From contig CM119267.1 in NCBI GenBank assembly GCA_051294375.1, forward strand, positions 26,624,872 through 26,688,871: 64,000 nucleotides of DNA, read 5' to 3'. Below are positions 25,322-39,200 of the stretch, piece after piece. Numbering within the stretch: the first letter of the stretch is position 1; the number at the start of each line of letters is the position of its first letter. The position numbers and the translations under genes were made by a program. Origin of the DNA: Paraspadella gotoi (taxonomy: Eukaryota > Animalia > Chaetognatha). The notes under the pieces are model-generated. The model had not been told where the DNA came from. It saw only the letters and a program-made list of their open reading frames with translations, and searched no databases.

Positions 25322-25629
25322 TGTTCTCATTAGTTATTCAAAGATAAATGAGATTTCGGTTTGACCCTAGACCCCTAGTTTGAATTCCCAGGCCACGGGT
25401 CCAAGCCCCATTCAGCTCAATACCTCGCTAACATCGAGTCAGTCGATGCCGGCGTCAAGGACTTCGTCGGCGTCGTCGAGAGGTTTTTCGCTCATGACGG
25501 CGCCACCGCCTTCGTCTTTACCGCCGACCACGGAATGACCGACTGGGGATCCCACGGCGCTGCTGACCCTGAGGAGACTATGACCCCTCTGGTCGCCTGG
25601 GGCTCCGGCATTAGGCGCCCGACTAAGAG
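24349..25629 (+). CDS. PIGN: PIGN exons 1-5 (N-terminal TM and luminal alkaline-phosphatase-like domain)
   Basis: Five exons separated by GT-AG introns of 63, 88, 84 and 144 nt; motifs [29 protein letters not shown]. Confidence 0.95.
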
Positions 25630-28600
25630 GTTTTCTAATTTTTCTCCTTTTTCACTTTGTCGGTCCGTCGGTCCCACCCACAATCTGATCGGTAAGTCTC
25701 TGAGATTATGTCAGAACATCGAATTATGATAAATTTTGCAAAAAAATCGATATCCGTCCGTCTGTCCGTCCCCCTGTCCGTCCCCCCTTAGCTTTGAATG
25801 CTAATTACTGTGGATAGGGCGATTGACTTTAAATTTTGTATGTGGGTACTGGGTAGTAGAGCGTAGTGAAAGTTGCATATGAAAATTCTATAAGTCAATT
25901 ATGAATAATGTACCACTAGTAAATAGTAATTTGAAAAAAAATTATTGTTTTTTTAATTTTCGCATTCGAGTATATTTATCGTCGAAATCGTTTTGCGTTT
26001 GCGACGATCTTGTTACGCTTTTGTGCATAAGTGGCGTTGACGTCGTCATTGTCGTCAGCGTTCCAAATTATAGATCGCCTTTTTTATGATTAAATTTGGG
26101 AATTTATATACAGCTTCTCATCATCGATGTCCTTAAAATTGGGTCAGGACAGTTATTAAATGCTTTGTTTACATTTTATCAAAACAAACAAATTTTTTTT
26201 GTATCCTCTCTCTCTTTTCTCCTTTATATGTAGCTAGCTCTCTCTCTTTTCCCCAGTGCTTATTCATCGGAAATAAAACGAGTCTGCAGTTGGCTCTGCA
26301 GGGGCTCTTTCTTTTTCTCTCTTCTCTTCTGCTGCTGCCTTTTGATTTCTTTCTCTTTGTCTGGCTGCTGCCGCCACTGCTGATTAGTCCGAAAACGATT
26401 TGGCTTTCTCTCTCTCTTTCTTTCTCATCGCATTCGTGCAAGTTATCATTTTGCTATCGCAACATCGGATTTTTTTTATTTTTTTTTTATTTTTTTTTTT
26501 GGAAACTGTAACTGTAATTTTTCTCGGTATTTTATTATTTTTTTAATTGACTATCGCAAAATAGAGTTTTTCTTTCTGTTTATATATTAATTTTCTTTTC
26601 TAAAATTTTTTTTCTCAGGGGCTGCGTCTGCTGATCAGTTTATTTGACAATGACAATTAACAATGAGAAAAAGAAAAACTTTTACATTTTTTTTTCAGAA
26701 ACNNNNNNNNNNAAAAAGAAAAACTTTTTCATTTTTTTTCAGAAACTGTAACTTTAATTTTCCTCGGTACTTTATTATTTTTTTTAATTGACAATCGCAA
26801 AATAGAATTTTTATTTCTGTTTATAAATTAATTATCTTTTCTCAAATTTTCTTATTTTTAGTATCAAAATTTGTCGTCAATCCAGATTTTTCTTATGCGA
26901 TTGCGACGATCTTTATAAATATATATATATTAATTATATAGTACTAAATAGAGAAAACATCGTCTTTTTTCCTGGTGGCTCGATTTCGATAAATTTGGTA
27001 CCGATCGACGTGGAATTACGTCTAGTTGACTGAAATAAAATGTCATTAAAGTCGGTCCACGCGTTCAAAAGTTATGGGCAAAAAACGACGAAAAAATAGC
27101 GCCTTCCGAGGGATCAACTTTCGCTGCTCAACGAGCGAAAAAGTGGTTAACATAAGATTTGAACTACGTAGTTCTAATCTTTAGTCCGACGGAATCGACA
27201 GTAAAGCCGAAATCCTTGTTCCGGGCCAAATAGAAATAAATGAAAAATTATGGAGCTGACTACGGAAAGAAAATGTTGACATAGGAAACAAATTTATAAG
27301 AGAATGAGGAAATATGATTACTGATAAAACTTAAAGAAGTAATTGGATGATAATTTAATACAAATTTGTTTACAATTGGATGACAACGACTCCCGTGTCA
27401 CCCTTTTGATTATTCGCCGCTTTTATCTTCAGTCCTCATTAATAACTAACTTTATTACTTTGCTTTATGCAAGGTATATGTTGCTGCATCAACAACAACA
27501 ACCGCGACAAGGAGGTTGACCTTAACCAAGTCATAACTGACATTTAACCAAGGTCGGGTTACTGAACTTTAACCTACTTTACCTTCTTCCTATTGTTTAT
27601 TGTTTTCCGTTATTTTCTTACTAACCATTTCAATCATTACAAAAAACAACTCTCCAAAAATCACTAAAGTCCGATCCCAAACTTGTGAACTCATCTTGCC
27701 ACATTTTTTACACAAGCTTTTCATGCTTACTTGTGTGAAAAAAAAATATCTCCTCTCAAAACGAATTCAACATGGACGGATTCATTCCCAGACAAAGCAT
27801 TGGACGCGCACACTTCTGCCATGAACTTGCTCGGCGTTGGCGCCACCCGGACTTTTCCAGCCGCCAGCATCACCCCCGGTCCAGTCCAGTGGGATCATTC
27901 GTTGGAACGCCACATGAAACTTGTGGAGAAGTCAGAGAACTTGAACTTAAAAGGCATTCTACCTCACTCTCAAAGCTGTCTAAGATGGTAGACTTGAGAC
28001 TTGCCTTGAGAGGCTGCAGCCAGAATGTTGTTAAATAGGGTGGGGAAAGATAGAGGGAAAGAGGTGGATGGAGAGAGGGGAAATGGAGGATGAGGGGGGA
28101 GGTGACCAGGTCGGCTGGGCCTGGTTCACTCCATCAGAGAACAGACTCACAGGTCACCTTGACGTCCTCAGTTTATTTTTACATTCGCCGACCGGGATTT
28201 TGTGGTTGCTTATTTGTTTTTTGCTTTTATAGAAATCCCATAACGCAAAAATGGAAAAAAGGTTAAACTTTTTATTAAAAATATATTTCAGAAAATAAAT
28301 AGTTGATGAAAATAATTTCAAACTTTTTCTAAATCTTATACACAACGAAAAAGAAAGGATTACAATACAAGATTTCATTTCAAAAACTCTACGAACTACC
28401 AATACACCCTAACTACCCCTATCCACCCCTTAGACCTGACCACCCTTAACCCAATTGCTAACCGTTTAAAAATATCATCAAAATAGCAATTAAAATAAAT
28501 TTAAAACAATTATTCTTGCAAAACTGAAGACAGCGCCGCCTAGAACTCATGCTCGCCAAGTCCGTCCCGCCGCGGCTCGAGGATTGGCTCCCGGCCGGGT

Positions 28601-31600
28601 GAGACGGGGAAGAGTTACTTGGTGGTGGCAGCGAAGCCTTTGGCGTAGTTCGCAGTGATAGTCGGTCTTGACTCTTGGGAAGGCGGTCACGGCGGCGGTC
28701 GTGAGTTGCCCAATAGAGTGGACCACTAAAGAACAAAAAAATTATTTGAATGATCAAACAAGGATCTTTAGACGTGAGATAGTATAATTAACTAGTACAA
28801 AAAATATTTTGTTCATATTGTCTCGGGAACAGTATAGTTCGTAAAGTATAGTATAAAAAAATACAATATATTTGTAGTAACATTCTTATAAAATGAAGAG
28901 GCGGCGGCGCGGAATAATGGAACCAAGATGGCGACGGAGGCGGCGCTGAAGAAAGGTTATATGACAGAGATGGAGGTTTGCTGAAAACACCGGAAAGTGA
29001 TCTCCCGGCGCCGAAAAACGGCGTCGTTGAGCGAGACGAATTCGGGGTCCGAGAAACGAAGAAAAAGACGCTCTTCAACTTCAGAGACAAGATTCGGTGT
29101 TGTCGGGGTCGGAGGCAGCGATACGAATGAGAGAGACGTCAGAGCAAATTCTAAATATAGGAAATTAAATAATCAATTAGTCAATAGTTATCTAATTTAA
29201 TTGGAGAAACATTAGAAGTATTGGGAGACTAGGTGAAGTAAAGTTTGATTTAACAATTTACGATAATAGATTAGACAAACAACAACACGCAACCTTAAAC
29301 GTGAGACGAAGCTCAGGGACTGCTTATATACGATATTTTCACTTACAATTATTGTGTCTCTTCAATGATCTCATTCTATTGCCCAATGCTCATCAATTTT
29401 TTGGTCAACCAAATTATTAACTTCTCGGCTACGATTATATGTTGAATGTCAGTTTTAGAGTGATCATGTAACTACTATTTCAAAAAACTGTTGATGCATT
29501 TTAAACAGAGATAAATTTTAAAACACTTGCAAATCCACCTGTTTCGAAACGGCGAAGAACCCCGTCGTAGACCTCACAGAGAGGGAGACGTCGTCAGGAA
29601 AAAAGCGGTGCTGAAAACCGGGATCGCAGGCGCCGTAATATTTATTTAAATTGTTTATTTACTTGGCGTCTTGTCGATATTTAATTGAGTACTTTATTAA
29701 AATAAAGCATATAGATAGTCAAACAGACAGTCAATAAATACTACTGCTAATTAATAAAAGTAATAATCACTATAAAACAAACAGTTACAATTAATCACGA
29801 AATCAAATCCCGATGACGAGCCGAAAGTCAATACCAAGTGTCCGTTCGCGAGTGATACCAAAAAAATATTGTTGGAGAACTACTGGAAGCTTTTTATGCA
29901 TAAGTTTGTGTTTAATTAATTTACAATTCTATGTTGAATTTTTTATCTAACACAGTAAAATTGGCGAAAAAAGACCATTTTAGACGTGTTCTTGAGTGCA
30001 ATAAATTTTATATTAAACTTTTAAAGAGACATAGAAATAATTGGTAAGCGATTTGTAATGAGCGGGATTCAAGAGTATATTTACAGAAGATATTTGGCAA
30101 ATAAGTAAACGATGACCTCAGAGCATAAACAATATAAACAATATCTTCGACCAAAGTGGCAAAGTGTCTTCCACAACATCATAAGAAATCCCTATTAATG
30201 GTCTAATTAATGACGTATCTGATTTATAGTAATGTTTAAAAAATTTTGAGTAATGATTTTTTATTTATTTTTTTATTTGTAAATTTAAGTTTTCTTTGTG
30301 CATTCGTCTAATAAGGAAACAAGTTAGAGCAAACAATGTCGGATCTGCCTACGATAATTAAGCGGTAATAAGCTAATCAGATGATAAATGACGATAATTC
30401 TTTTAATCTGTGATCATAACAGATCGTACAATACCTAACCAATGGCTGCACAAGTGCACAACTGCACATAGAAAAATTGCAAGCGATTTATATGTATAAC
30501 TATTATAATTTTTTCAACTTTTTTTTAACTTGCAACATTTTTTCAACTAAACTTTATATTCTGCTCAACCACACACTTTCCTACACACACACAAAATTTC
30601 ATCTCATTCTATCCATCTAATTATGAATAATTTGAATAATTATGGGTTAAAATTAGTATAAATATTCAAGAAAATGTGACTTATATATTTCATCAAAATT
30701 TATATCCAGGTTCGTCACACAATTTCCTACAAAATTTCATCTCAATCTATCCATTCAGTTATTAATAATTATGTAATTATGGGTTAAAATTATAAAGAAA
30801 TGCAAAGTTTTTGAATTTGTTACAACAAATTTATTTATAAATATGGACATGTTTTGGCTTACATTTTTGAGCCTTAAAATTAATAAAAAGATTAAAGTAA
30901 AAGTTACTTATGTTTTTCCATTTAAACTTATTTCCACTCGCACGATTCCATGTTCAGCTCTATCAAACACTTTTTTACCCACACACAAAATTTCATTCCA
31001 ATCCAACAATCCAATCACGAGTAATTTGAGTTATTTTATAAGGGGGACGGACAGACATACAAACTTTTTTTTGGAATAATTTATTATAATTTGATGTCCA
31101 GACATGATTTAAGTTAAAGCCCGACAAGATTGAGGGGGCAGACCGACAGACCGACAGTGAATTATATAGTCGGAATTTGCTGATAAGCAGATCTGACTAA
31201 AAATGCTGTCCTGACCATGTTCATGACTGTCTTGAATAAATATTTTATATTATAAGGATTCCCAGTTAACGCTTCATTTAATGGTTAAATAAATTTAAAT
31301 AATTTAAAATAATTAATAAGTAATTAATTTATAATAATTATATTTTTAAAAAGGAGTCGGAGCATTAAAGAAAGGTTTTACATAAGTATATATAAAATTA
31401 ATTGGTAAACTAAAATCCACCAATCGTTCATCAGCGGCCATTAGTGCAGGAGGCAAGTCATTTGCCTCCCAACCCAAAGGTCCGGGGTCGGTGGTCGCCT
31501 TGCAGTTAAGAGGGACGGGGCATTTAACCCGCCTATAACACGGTGTTCCAGCCTGATCTGAAGCTCAGGGACTGTTTATATTGAACGGTTCTGTCACTAA

Positions 31601-33203
31601 CTTTTGTCTCTCTATCTTTCTAGTTAACTTACACTTATTCTTAATTTATTCTGAACCTTAGTTTTACCCAAATATTAATATAACCAAATTAAAAAATAAT
31701 AAAAAATCATATCTGAATTAATTAATTAATTAATTAATTCCTTTAATTTTTTGTTTATGAAAAATTATCCTTTTCTGTTTGTTTTGTTACTTTTCTTTTT
31801 CCATTAATTTTTTAAGAAGACCAAATAACCAACGAGGTTAAAAAACAAAGCAATGTTTAATCCTTTAAATTAAACTCATTCTGACTATATAATTTTTTTT
31901 ATAATCATATAAAAAAATTTGTTGTGAAAAATTAAAAAATTGTTTTGTCTAAAGAAAGTAGTTAAATTTTTTTTTATAAAAAAATAAAATTTAAATTTAA
32001 AAAAATACTCTTTTCGTTGTTTTTTGAGGTATTAGGACAAAAACAGTTTTTATTTGACAACGATTTAATTGACACAATTTAGTCAGACATGTTTCGGCTC
32101 TTTCTTTTAGAGCCTTCATCAGTGCTTTTGACAATCAATATTTAGTCTCTGTTGAAGTAAGTTTTGAGAGAGAGAGAGAGAGAAAAAAATTTCCAACAAA
32201 GATAAGGTAAGGGACAGTGGTCAGATGTGAGGACAGCTGAAGGTAAGGAGAGGGAAGAAGTAAGTCTTTGAAAAATGAAAAAGAGTGAGAGAGAGAGAGA
32301 GAGCAAAGCAAAAATTTAAACAATACATTTAGCAATGTACAACAGAGATAAAGTGCATTAAATAATCTAAATATAAACTGAAATTAAATGTTAACAACAG
32401 AAATAAATAAGTTAGTAGAATAAAGTGAAATTTGAAATAGAAAATAAGTGGTGAGGGATAGATAAGTAAAGAAAAGTGAAAGTAAGTAAAAGAAAGAGCT
32501 CAAAAATGAGGCCTCTCAGCAGGCAATGGACGTCCGATACCTTTCCTGAGCCTGTAGCAACTTGGCGCGACTCTCCTCGCGCTGAGCGTCGCCCAAAACG
32601 ACGGCTACAGGAGGAGGGAGAGGAGTCTGTATCTCCTATAGCAAAACAGGCCAGAACAGGCAACTGCCTGCCTCACCGTCAGGTGAGAGGAGGGCTGTCG
32701 GCAGGCTTATCAGGCCAAAGGGATATACGAGTAGCATTTGGCATTTTCCCAGGCGGATCTCTTCCGGATCCCAGCATGACAAACTCAACATATATACCCT
32801 CGCAACCTATGACAGGCCAATGACCCAACCTTATCGTCAACGTCCTCCATTTGCCGGGGGGGCTAGCTCATTTTTGAGCTCTTTCTTTTACTTACTTTCA
32901 CTTTTCTTTACTTATCTATCCCTCACCACTTATTTTCTATTTCAAATTTCACTTTATTCTACTAACTTATTTATTTCTGTTGTTAACATTTAATTTCAGT
33001 TTATATTTAGATTATTTAATGCACTTTATCTCTGTTGTACATTGCTAAATGTATTGTTTAAATTTTTGCTTTGCTCTCTCTCTCTCTCTCTCACTCTTTT
33101 TCATTTTTCAAAGACTTACTTCTTCCTCTCCTTACCTTCAGCTGTCCTCACATCTGACCACTGTCCCTTACCTTATTCTTTGTTGGAAACTCTCCCTCAA
33201 TTT

Positions 33204-33234
<31 letters not shown>

Positions 33235-36200
33235 TCTCTCAAAACTTACTTCAACAGAGACTAAATATTGATTGTCAAAAGCACTGATGAAGGCTCTAAG
33301 AGAAAGAGCCGAAACATGTCTGACTAAATTGTGTCAATTAAATCGTTGTCAAATAAAACTGTTTTTGTCCTAATAACTTTTATTACAAAAATTTTTAAAA
33401 AAAATTAAGAATGAATAAAAATTTAAAATATTGATTAATTTTATTTAAAGATTTTTTAAAAATGATATTTAAACCATAAAGCCCTTTGAAATAATATAAA
33501 TATAAAAAAAATTATATACTTATACTAGATTTAAAATTATTATAATTAAAAATTAATATATAAATTAATTTTGTTTTTACCAATAAGGGTTAAAGGTAGT
33601 TAAGGTTAAGGTTTTTTAAAAATAAAAAAAATTTAAAAATCTTGTAATAATATTTTTTTATTTATTTTTTTAATCTTTACCCGAATCCGTTTTTAAAAAT
33701 TCTGATTTAAAAAAAAATTTGTATGATTTATAATAATACGATAAATTTTAAATGCTTTTATATTATTAACTATATATAAAATCTGAAATTTTGTTTTAAT
33801 TTCATCCGACAGGGATGCTCTAACATTATTTATGAAATTGGTACAACCAATATAAAAAACTATTCATCCATTTAATATTATATAATATATTATAGAACTT
33901 TTAGTTTTTACTTTATTCCGCTCTAAAGATCAAATATATTTTTTTTTATAATTAAATTTTTATTTCCATTATTATAAAAAAAATTTTGACAACTTTTCCA
34001 AATAAAAAAAAATATTGAAAAGACTGGTTTTATAACGTACCATACCTATAGCAGTATCACCTCGTGGCAACAGCAAGTTCATCTAATTCAGAACTTTGGA
34101 TCTGGCAATAAGCCTAAACCTACAAACTGGTTACCCCATCCATCCTACTTTCTACATGACAACAAGGGACGCATATTGGGATGGTGCATTAATCCACTGA
34201 GCCACTACGATGGAAACAGCTTTAATCTATGATGATAAAAGTATGAAACAATTACCATTCAAATTTTATTGATAATAAACCCATAAACTTTTATAAATCA
34301 TTTATATCAATGGGTCCCCTTAAAAAAAAACTTGCTCTTCGTTTTTCCATAGACCTCTGAAACGTATTAATCTCCAGGAATGCCCCATACAGATATTTGA
34401 TGCTGAATTTGTTTAATTAATATCATATTATAAATATTTAATAATAAGAGACTCATTTAAAATTAATTTGGGCTAAATTTTACTTTCGCCGACCGGAATT
34501 TTGGCGTCTTTTGAAAAATTACTTAAAAATACTTTTTTTAAAAATATTACCGAATTACCCTAACCCTAAACCTTCTAAACCCTAACCACCTTGACCCCCT
34601 CCCTAACCCCGGTCGGCAAAGGTAAAAGTAACCCTTAATTAGTTCTAATCAGATTTTTTGTACCAATCAACTTTAACGGCCTATAACTTTAGAACCCTTT
34701 GCTTAATTTTAATAGGACTTGGACCAATCGCTTCATCTTTCAATAAGCTTTTTTTTATGTTTCTATATCTTGGTGAAATTCAGCCATCCAATATAGGTTT
34801 TCTCGTTGTGAAACAAGTGGCTACTTTTTTTTGCGCCGCAGTGTCGTCGTGACTCCTGGTCAAAACACCACAGTTTTACCAAACATTCAAATTTAAAAAA
34901 AAATAACAATAAATGTACATATTTAACGCGAAATCTATCTTTTCATTATACTTTTCGTAAAAAAAACCCAAAAAATTGGGTGGGAATAATGTTTATAAAC
35001 ACGAAAATCAACAACTCCTCTGATTCGTGAACCGCGGCTCGACGAAGTGCCATGGCTCTCGGATTGACTCCTGCGGTAACGTAAGTTATGCGCGTTCAGG
35101 GCCGTGTAAAGAATCCCAGAGCCAACAAAAGTCAAGGATTTCCTCGTATTTATATTAAAAACACGATTGCTCCACGATTGCTCCACCGGGAAACAAATGA
35201 CAACGCTCAAATTGATCTCTCGGTCAGTTTAAAAGAATTAATTCAGGACGGCGATACGTGGAAAACAAAGCCCAAAAAACCAGTTAATTGGATTGTTAAA
35301 TTAAACAAGCAAGCTTGGTAAAATTTAAAAAAAAATAGATACCCTGTCTTAGATAAGACAAGAGTCTATCTGACTGTGTAACCATACCCATTTATTTAGT
35401 CTATGATAGGAGAACGAGTAAGTTCAAGTTACGGAAGCTAAAACTCCGTAAAACCAGTTCACTTTGGGTCCACCGTAACATATCAAGATGACCGAATATT
35501 TAAATTGCTCCACCGGCACTGGCTTCCCAAGACGACCCGCTTTCGAAATATAACCATGTTTATAATATTTTATTTGGTTTTCTGATGGAAAACTGGGCTT
35601 GACCAAAAAAAAGCATGAAAACTCGGAATCCTGATCCCCGCTCGCCCGAAACGAATGTTTTCTCTATACTAAATACTTATAAAAATTTTAAAATCAAAAT
35701 ACTAAAATTTCAAAATGGGCTTTTCTTAAATTTAATGACAGATTTGAATTCCTCGTTAAAAGTTGATGGAAGAAAATATGAGTAATTTTTTAAAATTTTA
35801 AAAACTAAATTTAATAGATAAACAAGTTTTCAGTTATAAATATTTAGAGAAAAGTTTATATTACGAGGAAATCCAGCTTCTCCACCTTTTCCCAATGCTC
35901 TTTTGTCTTTTTTACTGACGCAAGAATTTTCAGCGATTACAGCGACATCTTTTATTTTAGACTTTTGTTATATATATACTTAAGTACAGATTCCGGGGCA
36001 GATTCTGATTGGTTCATCCGATTTCGATAGATTCTAATTACGATTTATCGATGTGAACTATCAGATCTGTCCATTCTTTCACTTTTAATTCTCTAGAAAT
36101 CTCGGAATCTTTAGTTTTAAAAAACTATTTGGTAATTGCTGGATTGGAGGACCTTTCTGTGAGAGAAGCAACTTTTTGTTACTATTTTGGCTTCAGAAAC

Positions 36201-39200
36201 AAGAAAGATTCTTTAATTTTTATATATATTTGCTGAGTTTGTACTAAATGTTTTATTATCATTTGCCCAGGACTTCCAACTCAACCTCTAAAAATTTGAT
36301 ATTCAAAAATAAAATTTGTTATGAATTATAGTAATTAATTGAATTATCTTTAAATGTTTCTCTGAGGTAGGACTAAGCTCTGACGAAAAAAGCCAGAGGT
36401 TTTTTAAATATATTCTTTTACCGGCCAATGTAGAAAGATGGCAATATTGCTATTGTTAAGTTTCAAAAAAATCCGACCATAAATATTAACCAAAATCTTC
36501 TGAACATCCACCCCTTTGGAAGATTTTCGCCATAGAAGATTTTTCCCGAATCTGACTCCCGGTTGAAAACTCTTAGAATTCCGATCGTTAGCTCCTCTTT
36601 TACTTTTACTTTAAATAAAATTTCACCAAAATGGATCTATCACTTTACCATGATTGTATCATATTAAAATAACTAAATAAAATGTAAAAAAAAATTTTGA
36701 GAGCCCTTCAGACATATGGCTATCGGATTCCTGAATTCGAAGTTTATTGTAAAATTACAAAAAACCTTAAATGCCTTTACATTGTATTGAAGTTAAGGCC
36801 AGGGATCACTCAACCTAAAATTGAAGAAATCTTAATTTACTGTATCTTTATCATTTTCTCACATCTTGTAAGAGGTTTTCTATTAAAAAATAATCGAAAA
36901 CCTTTAAAAATCTACCTAAAATGTTCATAAAAATTTAAACAAATTTTTTTCTTCGGTAAAACTAGATTTTCAAGAGAAAAATATTTTTTTATATGTAAGC
37001 TAAATTTCTACAACCAAATTTTTAACTTAAAACTGATTCTTTACAGTAAGCTCAATTTCTACTTCTTATATTTAATTCTTCCTTTGTACAAGTACATACT
37101 TGGAGTTGTATCACTAATAATTCTAAAAACAAACTACTCTACACATTTTTCAGATGGGTTTTTATGCTTTTATGAGTTTTATGAGTTAAAAAACTTATCA
37201 AATTTATTTCAATTTGACTTTTTACTTTATATAAATGTTTATATCATAAAATAGTTTCCCTATTTTCTAGGGAATTTCTGAAAAAAAAATCAAATTTGAA
37301 TTAAAAAAAATAAAAACAGTAAGCCATTTTTTTAAAACATCGGCGTTGAACAAACTCCATCATCACATCCCGTTCTTGTGTATGTTGTGGTGAATCTTGC
37401 AAAAGTTAATGAGTACAGAATTTAACTTTCTTGACCAAGTGAAGTTAAAAACGAAGAGTTGCAGCTCAAACCACTGGACTCTTCTCGAAGAAAAAAATAT
37501 CTTGGGCAAGAAAGGAAAGGAAGGGGAAATTCTATGAGCGCGTTTTTGGAAAAATGTTTTTCGTTTCAAAAATATCAAGGAATTTATCCCAAAAATCGAT
37601 TAAAATAATCAAATTTTCTATGAAGGAAGGCAAATTTTGAAAGTATCTTTTCATAGAATTGGAGTTCGTGACCTAAAAGTAATCCATGCCAAATTTCATG
37701 AGAAACCGCCTTACCGTTTGGGCTGCAACTCTTCAAATAGGTTTCTTTTATTTTATATTGTACCAAAAAAATCGAAAAAACGATAACGCCTTTGAAAAAA
37801 TAGTAAAGTGAATACATTTTTAGAATCGTCAGGAGCTCTCCTTTCGAAATCCGAGCTCGGTTTTAGCCTAATTATAATTTGAATTGAGTGATCCCGGACC
37901 TTAAGAAATCCCTTTATTTTATTTTAAAAAATTGCGTTGAAAATATTTTCCCGAGAGGACCAGTCCATTTGAATCTGATAGTTTGATGTCAAAATGATGG
38001 CTATTTGACAAGAGAAAAAAAATGCGAGCCCTTCAGATGCAACAGATTCGAAAACTAGCGTTTTTCCATCTTTTTTTTACTGGAATTTTTCTCAGGAGCG
38101 TTTATATTGTTTGGTAGTCAGATTTGAACGAAAATCTCCATTGAAAAAATCTTCCATCTCTAAGAACGACGTCAGCTGCTCCTTAAAAAACAATGCAGTC
38201 AGAATCTCCTCTGTTTAAGCTGTCGTTTGATATCAAAAACTTAAAACTTTTCTGTCCATGTTTGTTTGTCCGTCCTTTTTCCCGTAGAACGCTAGATGTA
38301 GTTCAGTGCGAAATCGCCAAATCGCGACTTAGCCATGACGCCCTCGCCATTTGGCGATTTAGCTGTGAACTAGAACATTATGATCAGATGGGAAAAGTTT
38401 TATGGGCGATGATAGGTTCAAGGTTCATGCTTGGCCTTGGACGCGAAGCGGAGGTTAGGGCTAGGGGAGGGACTTATGTGGGATGCTAGGATAGAAATGA
38501 TTTATATTTTAATTAAAAATTTTAATTTAGACTTTAGAAAAACTTTTTTTATTAAAAAAATATTTGTTAACATATTCATTGTTTGATTATTTCTTTTTTG
38601 TTGTTTAGAGATTACAAAGAAAATTTAATGAATTTGTTAACAATGATAAAACAAAAATTGTTAACAAATTCATTAAATTTTTTTGTTAATATAAATTTTT
38701 TTTTATAAATCTAAAAATGCAATAAACAAGTACAACACAATGATTATTAGGAGAAAAACAATTTTTATTTGTTTTGACAAGGAATTCTTTTATGGCAATG
38801 TTGACAGGACATGTTCGAACTCGTGTATTTTTAGAGTCTTCATCAGTGTCTTGACAATATTCAAGTTTTTCTCTTTAACATTGAGTTTCAGAGAAGAGAG
38901 AGAGAGAAGTGTGTTTCCAACAAAGAATTGAGTAAAGGACAGTGGTCCAGATTGTGAGGACAGGGTGAAGGTAAGAACAGGCAGGAGGTGAGTTTTGGTG
39001 AAATTTGAAATTGAGGAGAATGGAAGAGAAGAGAGAGAGAGAGAGAGAGAAAATCTTTACATTGGACAATGTTACACAATGATAGGGAAAGAGAATAAAT
39101 TATAAACTAAAGATTTTTTAAACTAATAATAACAAATAAATTATCAAGTTGAAACATGTCCAACTATAAATAAAATTCTGTGGCAAACAACAAACTTTGT

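Larger units (their letters stand above)
32008..33375. mobile_element. Palindromic hammerhead-capped Penelope-like insertion C
   Basis: Inverted arms ~32030-32510 / ~32868-33375; ORF C-terminus 32511-32823 in the spacer; intact hammerheads 32086-32122(-) and 33284-33320(+). Confidence 0.9.

Noticed and set aside
26545-26830. Tandem duplication around the 10-N gap
   Set aside because: Overlapping contig ends or haplotypes at an assembly gap are the simpler explanation.
32821-32885. Selenocysteine readthrough of the conserved TGA after PMTxQ
   Set aside because: Downstream frames differ among copies and hit stops quickly; no convincing SECIS-like stem was seen.
34555-34612. Interstitial telomere (ccctaa/ttaggg runs here and near 6760, 6940, 48570)
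   Set aside because: Only 1-3 imperfect units, embedded in dispersed repeats; not an array.
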